A stretch of 62,874 bases of DNA, filler included, from Atractiella rhizophila (Eukaryota): assembly GCA_021432655.1 (NCBI GenBank). It is 17 parts of 17 records of this genome, joined end to end, with 100 filler letters (N's around TTAATTAATTAA, not from the genome) between each part and the next. Parts side by side here need not be neighbours in the genome. Positions count along the whole stretch, not along the records: positions 11,315 to 14,973 come from MU272516.1; positions 15,074 to 18,713 come from MU272518.1; positions 18,814 to 22,452 come from MU272519.1; positions 22,553 to 26,189 come from MU272520.1; 13 more parts are not named here. One strand, written 5' to 3'. How positions within the stretch are numbered: the stretch's first letter is position 1; each line of letters starts with the position of its first letter. A model generated the notes under the pieces. It did not search any database. It was given only the letters and a program-made list of their open reading frames with translations, and had not been told where the DNA came from. This document shows, in pieces, positions 13,399 to 26,095 of this stretch. The translations under genes and the position numbers were made by a program.

Positions 13399-13908
13399 GC
13401 TTGCTTTTCTCTTTCCTCCTCTTGATTTGAGAAATTTCTGTCTGCACCACAGTGGCCTTTACAGAGGTATATATACCTGTGAGTGACAACGGGAGGCAAT
13501 GTTATGTCACCGCTGCTACCGCTCCTCTCCTTCCTCCATTCTCTACGAACACTTCGCTGCCGTCTTCGGGCGCGTCTTTAATTTTACTATCCTTGGAGGT
13601 AGTAATATGTTTAGGGAGACGCTGTTAGTTGTCCATGTCTAAGGAAATCCTATCATGCGCTGTCACCACAGCGACATCGTTCTTGTTGCCAAGTGCGGAG
13701 GGAGAGCTTGTAGTCATCAGATGGCAGTGGCTGCCATTCTGCATTCAGACAGGAGAACATGGAAGGAAGAGTTGCATACCTGCTGTATTGAAGAACCGTG
13801 ACCAAGAACGGTTACTCAGGTTGACAAGGGTGTTACTTTCTCAGTACATTCTCCGTCATCCGAAGATACGACATGTAAATACGCAAACGCATCATCACCA
13901 TTCACATC

Positions 13909-14447
13909 ATTGTGCTCTTAAATGACTCTCCCGTCCAGTCGGAGGAGACACCATACCTCAATTCGTCGCCAGACTCATTGCAGTATGTTGGATTTGGAGA
14001 CGAGTATTTTGCCAGGAATGAAGAAAACCAGTCAAAAGGTAATGTGGTCGATTCGTGATTTTTGACTTTTTCAGTGTATAGTTGTTTTGGTATTCACGCT
14101 TTTCTTTGCTTTCATTACATCTGTGAACAGTTGACACTTCAATCACTCGTATGGACTGCTGTAAATATTCCAAGGACTAATATTATTGCTCATGCGGTAA
14201 CACATTTTAGCATGCCAAAGGCCGTCTGTGGACACTAACTTCGAGTGAAAAGACCCGCCGCAGTGAGCGTCATATTACTAATAAAGGGGTCTCTGCTTCC
14301 CGTGTTCCTCTTAACGACAAATCACACTGAGGTCAGTATGGAGCCGAGATGTTGGACAACATGGCATCAAGTTAACAAGAGTGGGTCGTATTAAGATCCA
14401 TTAGCGACGTGCGATAAATTATTCCAGGTATGAAGTATCTATACTTT
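13909..14447. repeat. ~550-bp direct repeat, copy 2
   Basis: See copy 1. The right end overlaps the stop codon of the mL44 gene. Confidence 0.9.
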
Positions 14448-14973
14448 TTTAGCACTGAAAGCGACCACATCCGAATCTCCAATCGTCGGAGGCTTATACG
14501 GCTTCTCGTTACCCTCAATCATCGTATCAGAATACCTGCTCATGCCGTCCGCCCATTCGTGGTATTTGCCCTTCTCTGGCGCTTCAGCTTTGCTCGGAGT
14601 GAGATATATGCGTAGAAGTGCGTCCTCGAACGCTCGTCTGGTAGCCATCTTGAGCGAGGATCCGACTCCTTCTCCAATCCTTAACGTTCCTGAGTACACA
14701 CCGATCAAGAATGTAGGTGATCTAGAAAGTCGTCCAGTTTCTTTCATGAGCCTATTCACCGCAACGTTAGAACCTTCATAAGACAGAAGAGATACACGTA
14801 CCGAGGAAGAGGTGGCGCTCTTCCGTATTTAGTCAGGGTATGAGTCAAGACCTCACGTGGATTATCGAACTTGAGAAAAGGGGCGGGATCTATTTTTCTC
14901 GAAAAGAAATTGTCTCTAAGGAACTTCCGAGTTCCCTCAATACCCTACAAGTACGCGCGGTCAAACAGCAGCC
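14439..14973 (-). CDS. MRPL3: Mitochondrial ribosomal protein mL44 (RNase III/dsRBD-like), C-terminal part
   Basis: RKFLRDNFFSRKIDPAPFLKFDNPREVL..., intron, then LMKETGRLSRSPTFLIGVYSGTLRIGEGVGSSLKMATRRAFEDALLRIYL. Confidence 0.85.
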
Positions 14974-15073
14974 NNNNNNNNNNNNNNNNNNNNNNNNNNN
15001 NNNNNNNNNNNNNNNNNTTAATTAATTAANNNNNNNNNNNNNNNNNNNNNNNNNNNNNNNNNNNNNNNNNNNN

Positions 15074-15780
15074 TTGGGATGGCGAAAGAGCTCATCGCAG
15101 TCTAACCGAAAGCGACGACGGTGTGGATGCGTGCATTTTGGAATGAAGAGGAGGCGAAGATTGCGTTGAATGCAATCGAAGGCATGAAATGGTGGATGAC
15201 GTATGCTTTCGACGATGGGATTCGAGAAAGTGGAGGAAGGTTAGGATTGAGAACTTCATACGGAGGATAAGAACATTCAGAGCTCACAAGGTGGAGAACT
15301 CCCCCTATTCGAGGTCTTCAATTATCTTCTCGGCTCGAATGCCTAGACCTTGACAAACACCCGCTCTCCCATCACTCATCCTCCCACACACCCTCCGCTA
15401 CGTGTGTCTCACACGCCTGTGTCCTTCCGTCCTCCATCTCAGACCATCCTCTGCGGCCTCTTCTGGAAAATCTCATGGTCGAGGAAGATCTCCATCCTAC
15501 CCACTCCGTTCGTCTCATCTGTCACGATTTGAGCGTGTCCGTTGCCACCAAGCGGCCATTTATTCGTGAACTTTCTAGACTTACTGCGATTACTCATTTT
15601 GCCACCTGTCTTGAAGTATATAAAGCAGTGTGTTGAGTACTGTGTGGTGGACTCATCCAACTTTCCCAACTTCATCCGCTAGTTCTTTGGAGATTGGCTG
15701 GTGAGGGGAGCTGAGAAGGGGGATCGGGAAGATGGGAGAGACATGAGGGGTTATCTTGAGGTTTGTTTATTCTTTGGAGG
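15074..15780 (+). pseudogene. Pseudogenised paralogue of the 8554-10089 F-box protein
   Basis: AFWNEEEAKIAL versus ALWNEEEASIVL; EYCVVDSSNFPNFIR*FFG versus WYCVVDQFHFLEFITWFFG; EVCLFFG versus DVCLFFG. Contains stops and frameshifts. Confidence 0.85.
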
Positions 15781-16856
15781 TACCTACGTGGTAAGGAGTA
15801 GACTCCAGGCGGTTCATCTGGCACTTTAGCTCATCAGACCTTCAATTCTTCCAACGATCAAGCGACAATCCTTCATAGAGATATATGTGAAGGCAACATT
15901 CCTTTGACGACAACGGAGGCGGTTCCCTCGGTGATTGGGGGAGTCGGCAGGATGGCAGAGGATACTGAGCGCGAAGTGTAAGTGGTGTTTGATGCGAATG
16001 CCATTGTTGACAACTGGGTAGGGAACAGAGGAATTCATGTTGCTGCGTGTCCCAGAAACATGGTGCATGATTCGCCAAAACAACATGAAGCGCAGAAAGA
16101 GACTACGAAAGAGGATGGGAAAGGAGTTATTATCCAGCCAACCCAAAAATTGAAAGGACCTGGAAATGGGAGCATGCTGAAGTAAAGCTAACTTGTGTAT
16201 GCAAGTTCCAAAGTCGTTTGTTGTCAAAAGAATCGTGACTCCAAGCTAAAAATTGTGTTGCCCGCTCCCAAGATTGAAGTCGCAATTGCCCCCAGCAAGA
16301 CTCATCCTTTCTCACCCTCCTACAGGTACTTAAGGGTCGTCAGACAGGATCTGGGGTTCTGGCCCGGATGAAGGATCTAGGCCCAATATCTAAGGATAGC
16401 CGTGTCTTAGTGGGATTGTTAAAACAACCAAGCTTTGCCGAAGTGGATGAAGTTTACGATAGTAGATTTAAGTTGATAGATGTTGATAGATGCCAACAAT
16501 AATTGCTGAACATGAGCGATCAAAATCAGTACAAAACCCAGAATGAACAGTATAATGACTATGATGTTCCGCCCTCTATGTGAGGTACAGGTGAATCGAT
16601 CATCCGCATCGTGGAGGTAATTGCTGTAAGGGAGAATACAACCTCGCCAAGCTTCAGTGACTACTTTATTGGCCAGGAGGGCAGCCGACAATCTGCTGAA
16701 ATGTCAATCCTTGTGGTTTAGTAGGGAAATCCCCCAGTTGAAGCCAGTGAGATACCTGTACTGATCGCATTCACATTCACAAATTTCCTCTTCCTGTATG
16801 GGTCCGTTGGAGCTTTCAAATGTAAAGGTCATACGTTAGGGTAACGATTCAGAAAG

Positions 16857-18420
16857 TTAAACAGTATCGTCCCATGCGAGAACACCTGTAATCAAAAATG
16901 ACACCTTCCGGTAAACCCATTTTGATAACCGCCCGTCCGTGCGATGTCTTCCGTCTTTCTTGAAAAAATGCGTTTGGATTTGACACAACGGAATGGTAGG
17001 ATCGATGGTACTCGAGTCACAGCAAATAAACCTCTGAAGCTCCGACTCCATGAGGAAGAAGGTGTCTCCATCGCTCATTTGCGTCGTCACGTTTGCATTC
17101 GAGGACGTCAAGGCATTAAGAAGCTCCAAGCCTTCCACGAAACCCCAACCATGCCCAAATAATCGTAATCTCCTCAATCTCCTCAACGCTTTCTTCTCTC
17201 TCTCCCCAGACTGGCCCTCCACTGCTTTCAGGACGACCTCCGCTTTCCATTGTTCATTATTCCCCATGCGGAGTGCCAACGTTTCTAAGGTATCTGGCAG
17301 ATCCTCAAGTGCATCCCTTTCGTCTAGAACATTCCCTCCGAGATCTACCAGAGCCTTAAGGCTCTTCATCTGCCCCAACAATGGGCCTAAGAAGCCGACG
17401 AAACAGTCGTCGTCCCAGGAGGCTTTCCAACACAAGGTTTCGAGGCGAGGGCAGAGAGGCTCGAGAGCCATTGGAAGATGCGAGGCGGAGTAACCGTCGG
17501 ACGAGAGGTGAATGAGTGCCAAGCATCGGAGAGAGGCCGCCACTGAGAGGAAGAGGGAGGAGAGATCGGACGGCCGAAGCTTGCACTCGTAGAGGGCGAG
17601 ATGGGTAAGCGGAGCTAGACACCCCACCGGAGGGTTCGAAGGGGAGGAACGAAGGTAGTGGACCGTCAGTATCTGTAGGTTCGGAGCGACTTTTGATATC
17701 CTTTCCAGATCCACCAAGCCAATCCGTCCAAGGTGAGTGTTTTCATCTTCCCCGTCGTCTGGATTCAATGTCAACTGTTTTAGGTTGTCCATCTTCCTGC
17801 CCTCGCCGTCGTCAAAGCTGAAGATTAGAGGAAGATGGAAATCCATGATATCAGCTGCGTGCCAGCTGATCCACAACCCCCTCAGGCTTGGAAAGGAAGC
17901 CAAAGTTTTCCCTAAAACTATTGAAGCGACTTTTCCGCGCGTCGAAGTGCCTTCTTCAGTTAGTTCCTCGGAATCCTTTTCGAAAATCCAAGAAACATTT
18001 TTCACTCGCTGCCTCATCTCCTTTCCTCCGTTGATGACTCCTACCTGCGTTAACCACTCAATCGCTTTGAAACTGGGATATCCCTCCCGCGTAACCGTTG
18101 TACTAATAGACATACAAATAGTCAACCAGCATTGCAGTGCTGCCACTCGGAAGCGGCTGCAAACAAGTGAAAGTAGTCGGAATGAGGTGTACGAATAGGA
18201 TCGCGGCCAGGAGGAGTACCAAATTGGAGGACTAGCCTGTACACTTTTGTTAGTAAGGTGTGTGTGATGCCACTATTGACAGTACCTCAACCTGGCCAGG
18301 TGACAGAGAGGGAACTGAGGATCCTTGCGAAACATCGGGAAGCCTATGTTGAAGGTCAAGGAGGAGCAGCCTGATGATATGCGAGAGGAGTTCGATGGGA
18401 AGAGACTCAATGGACGCCAT
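16857..18420 (-). CDS. F-box plus RNI-like LRR protein
   Basis: ATG at 18420 MASIESLPIELLSHII, GTACTG..CTAAC..ACAG intron, RLLSLVCSRFR, then the 429-aa ORF with APNLQILTV, LTHLAL, CPRLETL and LPDTLETLAL. Confidence 0.8.
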
Positions 18421-18589
18421 CTGTGTTTCCCGTCAGCATACCCCTCACTAATGGAGCAGCTCGACACTACACACGAAACTCGAAGTGGAAGACCGAAGGC
18501 GGATCGCCACTCCTCAACTTTCTAAGTTGGACGACTTTGATTTCTCGCTTCTATTCCCAGAATTTATTAGAATCAGTTTTGGCGCCGTT

Positions 18590-18713
18590 GATGCGGTCAT
18601 CCGTCAGCAAAGCGCGTTTGATCCAGCGCACCTGCATCAGAAATGATTTTGATCCAGCGTATTATGAAACTGACCATTTGATCCAGCGTATTATGAAACC
18701 GTTTGATCCAGCG
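18590..18713. repeat. Short tandem TTTGATCCAGCG(TATTATGAAAC) repeats at the contig end
   Basis: Four TTTGATCCAGCG cores spaced 25-31 bp apart. Confidence 0.7.
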
Positions 18714-18813
18714 NNNNNNNNNNNNNNNNNNNNNNNNNNNNNNNNNNNNNNNNNNNNTTAATTAATTAANNNNNNNNNNNNNNNNNNNNNNNNNNNNNNN
18801 NNNNNNNNNNNNN

Positions 18814-20042
18814 CCTTTGAGGAATGGACTGAACAAACCTTCTGAAGCACCCACATATCGTGCATCTAAATACTCTTTAATCTCATCCACTGGCTCTCTT
18901 ACTCCACTGAAATCTGATTCTATGACTAATTGTGCTCTATCCGGCCCTTTGTATACGTATTTGAATATATACTTGAGTGAACGAATTGAGATACAGATCT
19001 CAGTGTTGATATGAGCCAGAAACTTCCTCAGGACCCAAGCATTAAAAGGCACTACCCATCGATTATCATATATAAACTCTTGGCCCCGTATCATCTTGTC
19101 TCATGTTGAGGTGGAGTAGGTGGAGTAGGATTAAAACAGGTGGGGCGTCGCCTCTCTCTTACAGGTTGACCATGGTGTAGTGGTGCCTCCTGCTGCAGAG
19201 ATTGATGCTGTTTGGATCGGCGCTCTCGATTTCTAGTTTGATTTCTCTGAATTGCACGTGGCATGAGAGTGTAGCTTGCTGCACATAACAAAATGATATG
19301 AGTGAAGAATATATAAGCCAGAGTCCACACACCTATTCTTTTTTTGCTTGATTTGATGCTAACGGGCTCAGGGATACTATGGTAGACTGTTAGGAAGCAT
19401 ATTTGTGGTGAAAGAAACTGTTTCACTTGCATGAATTGCTCACTTTCCCTCATAGTTGGCAAACAACAGTTTTTGGCACATGACATGAGAAATCACAGAA
19501 AGCCCTGAAGAAATTGTGGCCACACAGTTTGCACACAACAGGATTTGCCAGTGACAAAATGTGACATGACTGAGACTCAAACCCACACCAGCACCAATCA
19601 GTCAAGATTCAACTACCAACCATTCGCCAACTACACCATCACACGAACTCTTTACCCTGTTGGCTTATTTGAATAGGTAAGGAAATTTTTGTCAAGGTGC
19701 CGAAGTCGGTCACTTGACTCAGTCATGGAAGACAACTATTTTTTGTCCTTTAAATAAGCTTTATTGTATACGGTGGGAAAGGTGCTGACACACGTATTCT
19801 GGTGGTATGCTCAGAATTTTAATGGGGTTGTTGTGGATCAAGAAGTCACCTGACTCAGGTGTGAAAACAATATTTTTTCGTGTTTCAAATGGTCTTTGCT
19901 GTATACGCTGCGAAAGGCGCCGACACGCATATTCTGGTGGTATACTCAGATTACTGGCAGCGTTGTTGTGGGTGGTGAGGGAAGTGCTCAAAAGTACATG
20001 CGTGAGTCATGCTAAAAACCCGTCGCGCTTTATATATAAGGA
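18814..20042 (-). mobile_element. Helitron 5' portion with a degenerate RepHel fragment
   Basis: YDNRWVVPFN..AHINTEIC.SIRSLKYIFKYVYKGPDR..DEIKEYLDARYVGASE (18814-19094) is the Rep catalytic-Tyr region. The minus strand reads A|TCCTTATATATAAAG at 20042, a typical 5' end. Two ~135-bp subterminal units lie at about 19705-19975. Confidence 0.85.
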
Positions 20043-20231
20043 TACAATGGTCAACCGGCTCAAATGTGGCAATACGTTCCTATTTTGGAAGCGGCTCCTG
20101 CCTAACTTGGAAAGCACATTGACCATTGTATACCTCACAACTTCCCCGTCTCTCTACATGTCTCCTGCCAGATCCAAGCGCATACAATCGATCGGCAGAA
20201 GAGGGGAAGATAACTGTATGGTATTTTAGCA

Positions 20232-20253
20232 CGTGCTGCACGACGTAAAGTAG
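20232..20253 (+). mobile_element. Possible Helitron 3' terminus
   Basis: CGTGC-T-GCACG hairpin followed within 11 nt by GTAG|T (canonical is CTAG|T). Confidence 0.35.
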
Positions 20254-20325
20254 TTATGTACCAGTTTTACTAGGTATACTTTACCTATATTGGTATAGTA
20301 CACTTGGAAAGGGGGGTTCCTTACC

Positions 20326-21365
20326 ATGAACGGCGAACACTGGAGAATTGTACAACCGGCCCTGAGGCTTGGAAGAGGCTGAAAGGCAAGTATGAAAAAT
20401 GAGCATAGCCAATCGAATTACCCTCAAATGTCAACTCCACAATACGAAGCAAAAATCCTGAAGCACGCATCGACGTCTATATCAATGGAATCCTTATGAG
20501 TATGTCAAGTCTCAATGCAATCGTAGTCAAGACTGAAGATGTGGACATTATGGATGCATTGATTATTGGATTCTCGTAGGAGTGGGGGAATATTGCTGGG
20601 AGCTTGATGACAAAGACGGATTTGAAGTCAGATGATGCTGTGGGAACTCTCAGGGATGAAGAAGCAAGGAGGATGGCTGGAGGGATTGGTCCTGGGTTGG
20701 AGGAAGCCATGTTTGCGAAGGCAGAAGCTAAGGGAGTGGGATATTTTGCTTGAACTGGAAAGCGAATTTCACTCATAGTCAAGCGAGTCAAGGAGGAAAA
20801 GGTCGACATTGCTGGACTTGTGGTAATGAAAATCACATTGCTCGAGACTGCCCAAAGAAATTCAATGCGAATCAAACTTCCCATGAACAAGCAAACTTTG
20901 TGAACGAAAGCCTGTCAGATTACACATTTTGAAGATGAAACGATTTACTGGAGTCGAAGAGTAGTGGAATGGTCAGGCAGGATGTATTGAACAGAGGTGT
21001 GTGAGGCCTGATCTATGCGAGTTAGGCATGAGATCAATTCAAGGAGTATTCTGGGACAACTACTGGCTTATTGAAATAATGATGAAGCTTAGTATCGGAA
21101 GAAGCTATTGAATTGGAGAAAGGATAGAAAAGTCTTGTTTCTTATTTCATTTCTGGAATGATTACCTTACATTTTGGCGGAAGTTTGGAGATGTGTAAAA
21201 TGTTAGTAATACTTTCTTCATGACCATTCTGGAAGTTTCTATTTGCCACAGCTGTCATGTATATAAACACCTGTTCTTGTATTGCTGCTGCTTATGCGTT
21301 TGCAAGAGCTCAGCCAAACGTAATATATTGGTTTGAGATTAACAAAGCAGCAGAAAATAACAACA
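20326..21365 (+). mobile_element. Degenerate Copia-type gag with zinc knuckle, followed by a short LTR; no pol
   Basis: EAWKRLKGKYE, ANRITLKCQL, DALIIGFS*EW, LRDEE and CWTCGNENHIARDC. LTR copy at 21183-21365 has TATATAAA and ends AATAACAACA. Confidence 0.75.
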
Positions 21366-22552
21366 CTTTTGTTATGTTTTGTACATAAATGCTACAATCT
21401 CTGGTGAATCTTGGACATTTCAAGGGTCAGGATTTGGCATGTTGAGCGTCATTCATTGCCACCAGTTCTGTGGCTGTTCTTCTTGAACGTTCTGGACTAT
21501 CGTGCTTGCCAATGTTTGCCACTTACTGTAAAGGTATAAAAGCACTAGATTCTTTATCGTAATATCATGAACTTGTAATTTCATCATCAAGGATCATCCA
21601 ATCTAATCAGACGCTTCTGCCAATAACGGTACGGACAACATTTTTAGTCGCTCTCAGGGTCAGAATGCCGTCCCATCCCGAGTCCTGATTGGGAATAATC
21701 TGCCCTCATTTACATCCACGCGATAGGACGAACGAATTCTGAAACCTCCTCGACCTTACACTGTTGCACACAACTGTGCAGGAAGTTTCATGTTTCAAGT
21801 TCCAAGGTCCCTTTTCTGAGCCCACATCTTGATGCTAAGAGAAGATACTATGTGTTATCAGGATCCTTAACACACTTCCAGAAATTTTGATGAGGATCCT
21901 TAACACCGCATGATTACAAGACCACTTCCCAGGCGAGCTTCATCGGCACACATGGATAACCTCATTTAAGCTCTCAACTAGGTGTCCATAAATTTATACA
22001 GTCATCATGTCTCATTGCAGTGGTACAACGTTCCCAAAGGAGGACCTTCGAGCATATTCAGTGGAATTCTTGATGCCCACCAAAGCGCACAAAATTGTGT
22101 GATGAGTATTGATGAGTGTTGATACGATTGATGCGTCAATGATGATCTCCATGTTCCTTGTCAACACCCCTTTCGTACTTTCTCCTGTCTTCCACTCCAG
22201 CAGTACAGTTTACGTGATTATATTAGATAACTGGTACTATAATGTGAGTATTCTAACTTATTTTCAACCGAAATTAACCAAATCTATAGGATTACTTTGG
22301 CCAACTGCCACCGTCATTCCATACGACGACGGGTGATCTTGATGGATTTGATGTTGAGATAGTGTGACATTCTGCGAAGCCGGTGGAATGACACAGCCGG
22401 ATTCGTGGAGCTGTGATTGGTGAGGTAGAAAGGCACTGGATTGTGGGTATTGNNNNNNNNNNNNNNNNNNNNNNNNNNNNNNNNNNNNNNNNNNNNTTAA
22501 TTAATTAANNNNNNNNNNNNNNNNNNNNNNNNNNNNNNNNNNNNNNNNNNNN

Positions 22553-23031
22553 GATAATCTCAATGGAACAGCGTCCCTAACGTCATCAACCCAGTTCTCA
22601 ACACACCTCTGTCCCTGATATTCACGACCATGATGGCATCTCGCATCGTTCTCCATCTTCGGAAAGTCGCTGTTGTCATAAACTCGCAGGAAGAAGGCCA
22701 TTCAAGCGGAAGTGGAGCCGGACGACGAAATAATGTGATTTCAAGATTTGGGAGCCATAATCAACCTGCTACAGGCGGAGGCCGGGAAGCACGCCTGCAG
22801 AGCCTAGGAAGAAGAATAGAAGGAGGTTTATCCATCAACTATGGATGTGTGGTCGTCAACATTGAAACAAAGACAGAGTTAGAAAAAGAGTTCGTTGTTC
22901 GCTCGTCCTCAATTAAAATTCTTAATGTCCCGATAGGATCTCATCAGATGCGAAAACTCATGATGAGTACCATTCGGAGTACAGAGTTCATGTTGCAGCA
23001 TAGAACCGGTAAAAGCCACCTCTTTAATTAG
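22553..23031 (+). CDS. 3' end of a fungal membrane protein (DUF6533-type family, tentative)
   Basis: LNVINPVLNTPLSLIFTTMMASRIVLHLRKV matches the SRxxLxLR C-terminal motif. Confidence 0.45.
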
Positions 23032-23457
23032 ACCTTGTCGCACCATTGTGCTTTCAGCTTTATGCATTTGTGATTTCTCGTCACAGGTTAGAAAGACTGC
23101 AATGACATTTGTGAGTGATCAAGCAAGCAGGAATATTGAGGAAAAGCTTCGGACGAGGATTGTATACAACGAGCATAAATTTGGTAGGTTCATAATCCGT
23201 GAACGCTAACCTATTACTTTTATGTGACGAGTACATACACAAATCAGATGATGATGTGACAATTCAGCAAAAGTTGCAAAATGCCAAAAAAGAAAAAGAA
23301 ATGTTGGAAGGCCAAAGTAGGGTTCAAGGCTAAAACAAATCGCCTGTATCTATTGCCTTCTCGCCACAAAAGAGTACTCATCATGACCTACGGCGTCTGA
23401 CAATGGCACGAACCTAGGTTCCTGTCTGGCCCATTCTGCGCCGCCAGGCTCACGATT

Positions 23458-23634
23458 TGTTGTTTTTCTCTGCTGATTTGTTAACCTCAATCAAATGTAT
23501 TACATTTGGCTGAGCTCTTGCAAATGCATGAGCAGCAGCAACACAAGAATAGGTGTTTATATACATAAGAGCTGTGGCAAATAGAAACTTCCAGAATGTT
23601 CATGAAGAAAGTATCACTAACATTTTACACATCT
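23458..23634 (-). mobile_element. Solo short LTR, one end eroded
   Basis: Homologous to 34087-34256 and, as reverse complement, to 21183-21365. Confidence 0.8.
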
Positions 23635-24851
23635 TATTGTTTGAACATTGACTACTTCCCAAAGATGTAACTCCAGACCTCCGATGTAAGCATATTGATT
23701 TTGGCTGGCGAACCTTGGAAGCGTATTGTTCCGTGGTCCAGAATCACCGCAGTTGGACTTGGCTCCATCTTGCAAATTTGCGCCAGGCCGACAGATCGAA
23801 GATGGAGAACAAGGCAAGAGGCCATCGTCGGTGTGAATGTGAGGGGAAGCGTCGCGTTAGAGCTGGATAGCTACTGTAAGTATGCTGTTTTATTCAGGAC
23901 AAGTAAGTTAAGGAGAACGGAGACCATCAGAACTGGAGCAATAACAATAATGACAAACCAAACCTGGAGTAAACGACGTTGACTAGGTGGCAGAATGCCA
24001 CAGCGAAATAGATGACTCTATCGCGCGCAAAGATTGTGAGCAGGTGGGTGCGAGATGACTGGGTTTACTGGTCTGTGCTCCTACAGAAACTTAGATCAGG
24101 GGGATGATGGGAAGTCAGGATTCTCCAACTGCTCCATGATACCCCAGCTACATTACTGGTGCTCATGTATGTCGTATGAGATCTCTCCATCTAACTCCAG
24201 GATTGGCTTGTTGCTAACCATCATACAGACCGCTCATTTTGCATTGGTGCCACTAGCGCTTGGGAGACATCAGTTTTGTTGATGTCAGAATCAGGAATAA
24301 AACAAATACTTCTAATTCCGTTGCCAGAGATGCACCCTCTCAAACCCGGCTGTCTACCAAGAATGTCAACGTCTCTCATAAATCCTGAAAACGTACAAAT
24401 TCAATGGCACATTCGGAACAACAATCCAAATCTGAACCACAGCACCACAAAGCGCAAATACTCAGACACCGCACATATACCCTAGCGCCAAGCAGGAACT
24501 CATAGCTCACTGCATCATATTCACGCTGGTCAGTCATTGAGAGATAAATTGGGAGCAGGGATATGCATGATGGAGAATGTTGCTGGCGATGGGTTGATTT
24601 TGAACGGGATGAAACTCATCCACATGACACAGTCGAGGAGCCGGTGGTAACTTCATATATTACTTCAGCTTTCACATTTCTCCTGGATAGCCTTAGGGGC
24701 AATACAATTTTGGGTCGTGGCAGAACATAAGGTATTGCCATGGCAGAAGGTCAGAACGCTAAATTGCAGTTTCAGAGGATTGTAGGCATACCTAGCAGTC
24801 AGGCCATATCATTTATTTCAAAGAAGCATATAATAAAGGGATTCCCAAGGC

Positions 24852-26095
24852 TCAAATGGTCAATTTGAGACGGGCACGCTTGCTCACGACATCTGATCCT
24901 GAATCTTCCACTCTTTGAACCATCGGGAAAGCTGCAGGAATGTGTACCACAGAAGATGACCCTCCTTCACTCCTTGAGAAGTGCTCTTCGTTGCCGTGTC
25001 GCTGCTGAGACTTCGCGAGATTCACTTGAAGAATTTCGTTTACTTTCCATGGCGCCGAATCTGTGGTGTCTTGATGTTCCGGCAACGACGGTCTCATCAT
25101 CTTAGCTACTGTTCCATTCTGAAGCATCACGTCGTAAGCGATGAGATCGTAGCAGTCAGAGGGTCGGGGAAGGTGCTCTCGTCCAAGTCGTGTCGCTTCG
25201 GCCCTTTCCTCCTTTGCCTTCTTCAACTCCTGCTGCAAGTTGGATACAAGATCCTCATCGGCAGATACAGCTTCCTCAAGGTCTCCAATGATATCCAGCT
25301 CGTTGCATCTACGGTATTAATGTAAATAGCTTGCAAGATCATCAAGAAATTGGAAAAAGCAAACCTTCAATCTCCTCGACGGTTTGCGTCTCAAACTCGT
25401 CTTGCCTTCCACCTTTTCTCTGTTCAAATTCTTTCCCTTCTCCTTTCTCTCTCTTGTTGTAAGTGGTCCATCGCTTGATCACGACCAATTGCTTGAGCTT
25501 GGAGACTGTAAGAGGTTTGTGATCTCGAGTATGAATGTGACTGAGAACAGAAAGGTACTTTCAATAACCCCAGCATGTGGAACCACGCTGAAGATGCGAA
25601 TGGCAACAGAAATGAGTGGATATTGCGATGGAGGAAGGGCCAATCCCTCCCAATACTTCAGGGCATTAACGGAGGTTTCCGCAAACTTCCCCTCAAAGTT
25701 ATGATACTTGTCGACATTGTCGCAAAGAAGGGCGGAGGCTTTGCTGGAAAGCTTCCAGCGCTCCGCAAGTCAAAGTAAGAAGGATTTGACATCGGTGAGG
25801 TTGCGAGAGTTCGCTATGTGTTGGGAGACGGCGATTCCATGGCACATTGGATGAAGGTAAAGGGCGACGAAAAGGAGGTCGGAATCGATGGTGTGGAACC
25901 GGTTCTTGAAACACAAAACTGCATACTCGACAAATAAGTTCTCCCAGCCGATATCGGAGTCTTCCTCTTGCTCCAAATCCATTTGATCGAAGTGCTTTGC
26001 AAGACGAAGCAGCTCAAGCACAGCATCAGCTAACATGCAGTCGGACCTCTCCAGCTTTCCAATCGTATCAACTATAGGACCGACAACACCTTGTG
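24852..26095 (-). mobile_element. Degenerate hAT-family transposase, C-terminal half
   Basis: PIVDTIGKLERSDCMLAD, FKNRF, VALYLHP and ALKYWEGL..LISVAIRIFSVVPHAGVIE (dimerisation domain). In-frame TGA at about 25770. Confidence 0.75.

Noticed and set aside
11390..14447. LTR pair of a retrotransposon
   Set aside because: No TG..CA ends, PBS, PPT or retroelement ORF; the repeats contain the ends of host genes.
17050..18198. Plus-strand 147-aa and 153-aa ORFs (and similar antisense ORFs at 9630, 42260 and 58588)
   Set aside because: They are antisense shadows of real coding regions.
21855..21910. AGGATCCTTAACAC duplication (also AAAGTAGACAACTTGGA near 50346-50386) as further LTR-intron cases
   Set aside because: The copies do not end in AG followed by a donor on either strand, and are too short to interpret.
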